A DNA stretch of 64,000 nt from Desulfosoma sp. Lineage in GTDB: Bacteria; Desulfobacterota; Syntrophobacteria; Syntrophobacterales; DSM-9756. Every line of letters starts with the position of its first letter. Position 1 is the first letter of the stretch. The notes beneath the pieces are model-generated. The model made no database searches and was not told the DNA's origin. It saw only the letters and a program-made list of their open reading frames with translations. Made by a program: the position numbers and the translations under genes. Positions 62,158 through 64,000 of this stretch are shown here, piece by piece. Location: assembly GCA_037481835.1 (NCBI GenBank), contig JBBFKW010000004.1, forward strand, positions 110,569 through 174,568, given 5' to 3'.

Positions 62158-63282
62158 ATGCCATCCGATGAACCAACCAAAGACACCGCTTCCCACCCGG
62201 CAACGGCCCCGTCCGCCCACGGGCACGGGTGGACCCTCCGCCTGGTCGCGTGGGAAGTCACCCGCACGTGCAATCTCTCCTGCGTGCATTGCCGCGCCGC
62301 CGCCATGGACAAACCCTACGCCGACGAACTCACCACCGAGGAATGTTTGCGCCTCCTGGACGACATCGCACGCGTCGGCACCCCCATCGTCATCCTCACC
62401 GGCGGAGAACCCCTTCTGCGTCCGGACATTTTCGAACTGGCCGCTTACGGCCATGAAAAAGGGCTTCGGATGACCATGGCGCCCAACGGCACCCTGGTCA
62501 CCCCTGAAGCGGCGCGCCGCATGAAAGAAGTGGGCATCCAGAGAATCAGCATCAGTCTGGATGGAGCCGACGCCGAAAGCCACGACAGTTTTCGTCGAAT
62601 GCCCGGCGCCTTTCAAGGGGCGCTGCGCGGCATCCGCAACGCCAAGGAAGCCGCCCTGCCTTTTCAGATCAACACCACCATCACGGGGGCCAACCTTCAC
62701 GAACTGCCGAAAATCCAGGAACTCGCCGTGTCCCTGGGCGCCGCGGCACATCACATCTTCCTTCTCGTGCCCGTCGGGCGGGGCAAGAACCTGGAAGAGC
62801 AGACAATCAACGCCGAACAGTATGAAAAAATTCTCCATTGGTTCTACGAACAACGCGACAAGGTTCCGCTGCAGCTCAAGGCCACCTGCGCCCCGCACTA
62901 TTACCGGATCCTGAGACAACGGGCCCGGATGGAAGGGCGCCCGGTGGATCAGAAAACTTTCGGGCTGGACGCCATGACGCGAGGGTGTTTGGGCGGGACC
63001 GGCTTTTGCTTTATCTCCCATGTGGGCACCGTCCAGCCCTGTGGCTACCTGGAAGTGGATTGCGGCAACGTGCGACATCGGACGTTTCAGGACATCTGGG
63101 AGAACTCGGACGTCTTCCGGCGCCTCAGGAATTTCAAGGCGCTGGAAGGCAAGTGCGGTCGATGCGAATTCGTGAGAGTCTGCGGGGGATGTCGCGCTCG
63201 AGCCTATGAAGCCACCGGCAATTACATGGCCGAAGAGCCTTTGTGTTTGTACGAACCGGGACGCGTCTCCTCCGGCCCGTGA
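62158..63282 (+). CDS. ahbD: Heme b synthase (radical SAM)
   Basis: LVAWEVTRTCNLSCVHC, HIFLLVPVGRG, KATCAPHYYR, RGCLGG and SPASM cysteines. Confidence 0.9.
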   Translation: MPSDEPTKDTASHPATAPSAHGHGWTLRLVAWEVTRTCNLSCVHCRAAAMDKPYADELTTEECLRLLDDIARVGTPIVILTGGEPLLRPDIFELAAYGHEKGLRMTMAPNGTLVTPEAARRMKEVGIQRISISLDGADAESHDSFRRMPGAFQGALRGIRNAKEAALPFQINTTITGANLHELPKIQELAVSLGAAAHHIFLLVPVGRGKNLEEQTINAEQYEKILHWFYEQRDKVPLQLKATCAPHYYRILRQRARMEGRPVDQKTFGLDAMTRGCLGGTGFCFISHVGTVQPCGYLEVDCGNVRHRTFQDIWENSDVFRRLRNFKALEGKCGRCEFVRVCGGCRARAYEATGNYMAEEPLCLYEPGRVSSGP

Positions 63283-63336
63283 CGGGATGCCCCTTCGCTC
63301 CCGAAACGGCCCTCCAGGGCCCCGGGCCCTTGCCGT

Positions 63337-63999
63337 TCAGGGACTGACCACGAAAACCTCGACGGCGAGCCACTCCTCCGGCTGGGCATCGGTTTGGACT
63401 TTCAGGGTCGTGCGTTTCCGCGACCCGGCAGGAACGGCTTCCAGCTTGGCAGAGACATCCAACACATAGCCCGGGGGAGCCTCTTGGGGCGTTGCGACCA
63501 CGTCCAAAAGCTCCCGATCATAGTCCACCTTGGTGATGCGGAACGCCGCGCCGGTATGGCTCACCACCAGCACTCTGCCCACCCGGTTCGCCATGTCCCC
63601 CTTTACCTTGCCGACAAGGAGACTCGTGGGCCGAATGCCGATGGGCCCTTCCACCATGCCTCGAACGGAAATCAACACCTCGGGTTTTTGCGGATGATCC
63701 GTGACCAATCGAATGAACCCCGAATAGGTTCCGCGCTCGGCCTGGTTCGTTACCACGACGCGGTATCGCGCACCTTCCGCCAGGGGTTCGACCTTGACCG
63801 AGACCTCCTTTTTCAGGTCGCTCTCCACTCGGAGAATATGCATGGGCGTCTTGGTGCTTTCCACTTCCAGGTCCTGAGGCTTCAAGGCCGCCGCCGGCCC
63901 TCGAAAGACCACCGTATCGCTCGGGCGAATGTCCACGAAGGGGACGACCTTGGCACTGACCGACAGGGACACCCGCGGGGTTTGGGGGTCGTTGCAATA
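63337..63999 (-). CDS. DUF1573-like Ig-fold protein, 5'-truncated by the window edge
   Basis: Frame open to the window end (YCNDPQTPRVSLSV...); repeated beta-rich modules ending in TDHPQKP and TDAQPE. Confidence 0.55.
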   Translation of the reverse strand, partial: YCNDPQTPRVSLSVSAKVVPFVDIRPSDTVVFRGPAAALKPQDLEVESTKTPMHILRVESDLKKEVSVKVEPLAEGARYRVVVTNQAERGTYSGFIRLVTDHPQKPEVLISVRGMVEGPIGIRPTSLLVGKVKGDMANRVGRVLVVSHTGAAFRITKVDYDRELLDVVATPQEAPPGYVLDVSAKLEAVPAGSRKRTTLKVQTDAQPEEWLAVEVFVVSP

Positions 64000-64000
64000 A

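Noticed and set aside
63283..63340. Absence of ahbA/ahbB after ahbD as pathway loss
   Set aside because: They may be elsewhere in the genome; this cannot be judged from the window.

Overview
GC-rich (about 60%+) chromosomal segment of a bacterium whose gene content points to Desulfobacterota, probably Syntrophobacterales-like and possibly thermophilic (inference from ahbC-hemB-ahbD, the sat-cysC fusion, PEP-CTERM, an RpoH-type sigma and ttuA). Most of it is housekeeping: prfB with its +1 frameshift, mutS, guaAB, rpsA-cmk-hisC, pyrBC, greA, rpsT, leuS-lptE-holA, polyamine genes and alternative heme synthesis. No rRNA, tRNA, CRISPR-cas, prophage or transposase was found. Standout features: (1) a glycerophosphodiester phosphodiesterase carrying a ~259-codon in-frame insertion made of two arrays of a 36-bp BoxC-like palindromic unit that decays in one direction; (2) a PilZ / ribbon-helix-helix-like / zinc-ribbon-ParA cluster behind a sigma28-like promoter; (3) an atypical long ClpX paralog translationally coupled to the heme genes; (4) a Tat-linked DUF362 / polyferredoxin / aldo-keto reductase module; (5) a sigma54-driven PEP-CTERM gene with an AT-rich core; (6) GTAG- and CGTC-type REP elements; (7) a eukaryote-like HisH-HisF fusion; (8) a sat-cysC fusion with an altered HxxH motif. 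All product calls come from motifs recognised by eye; no database search was run.
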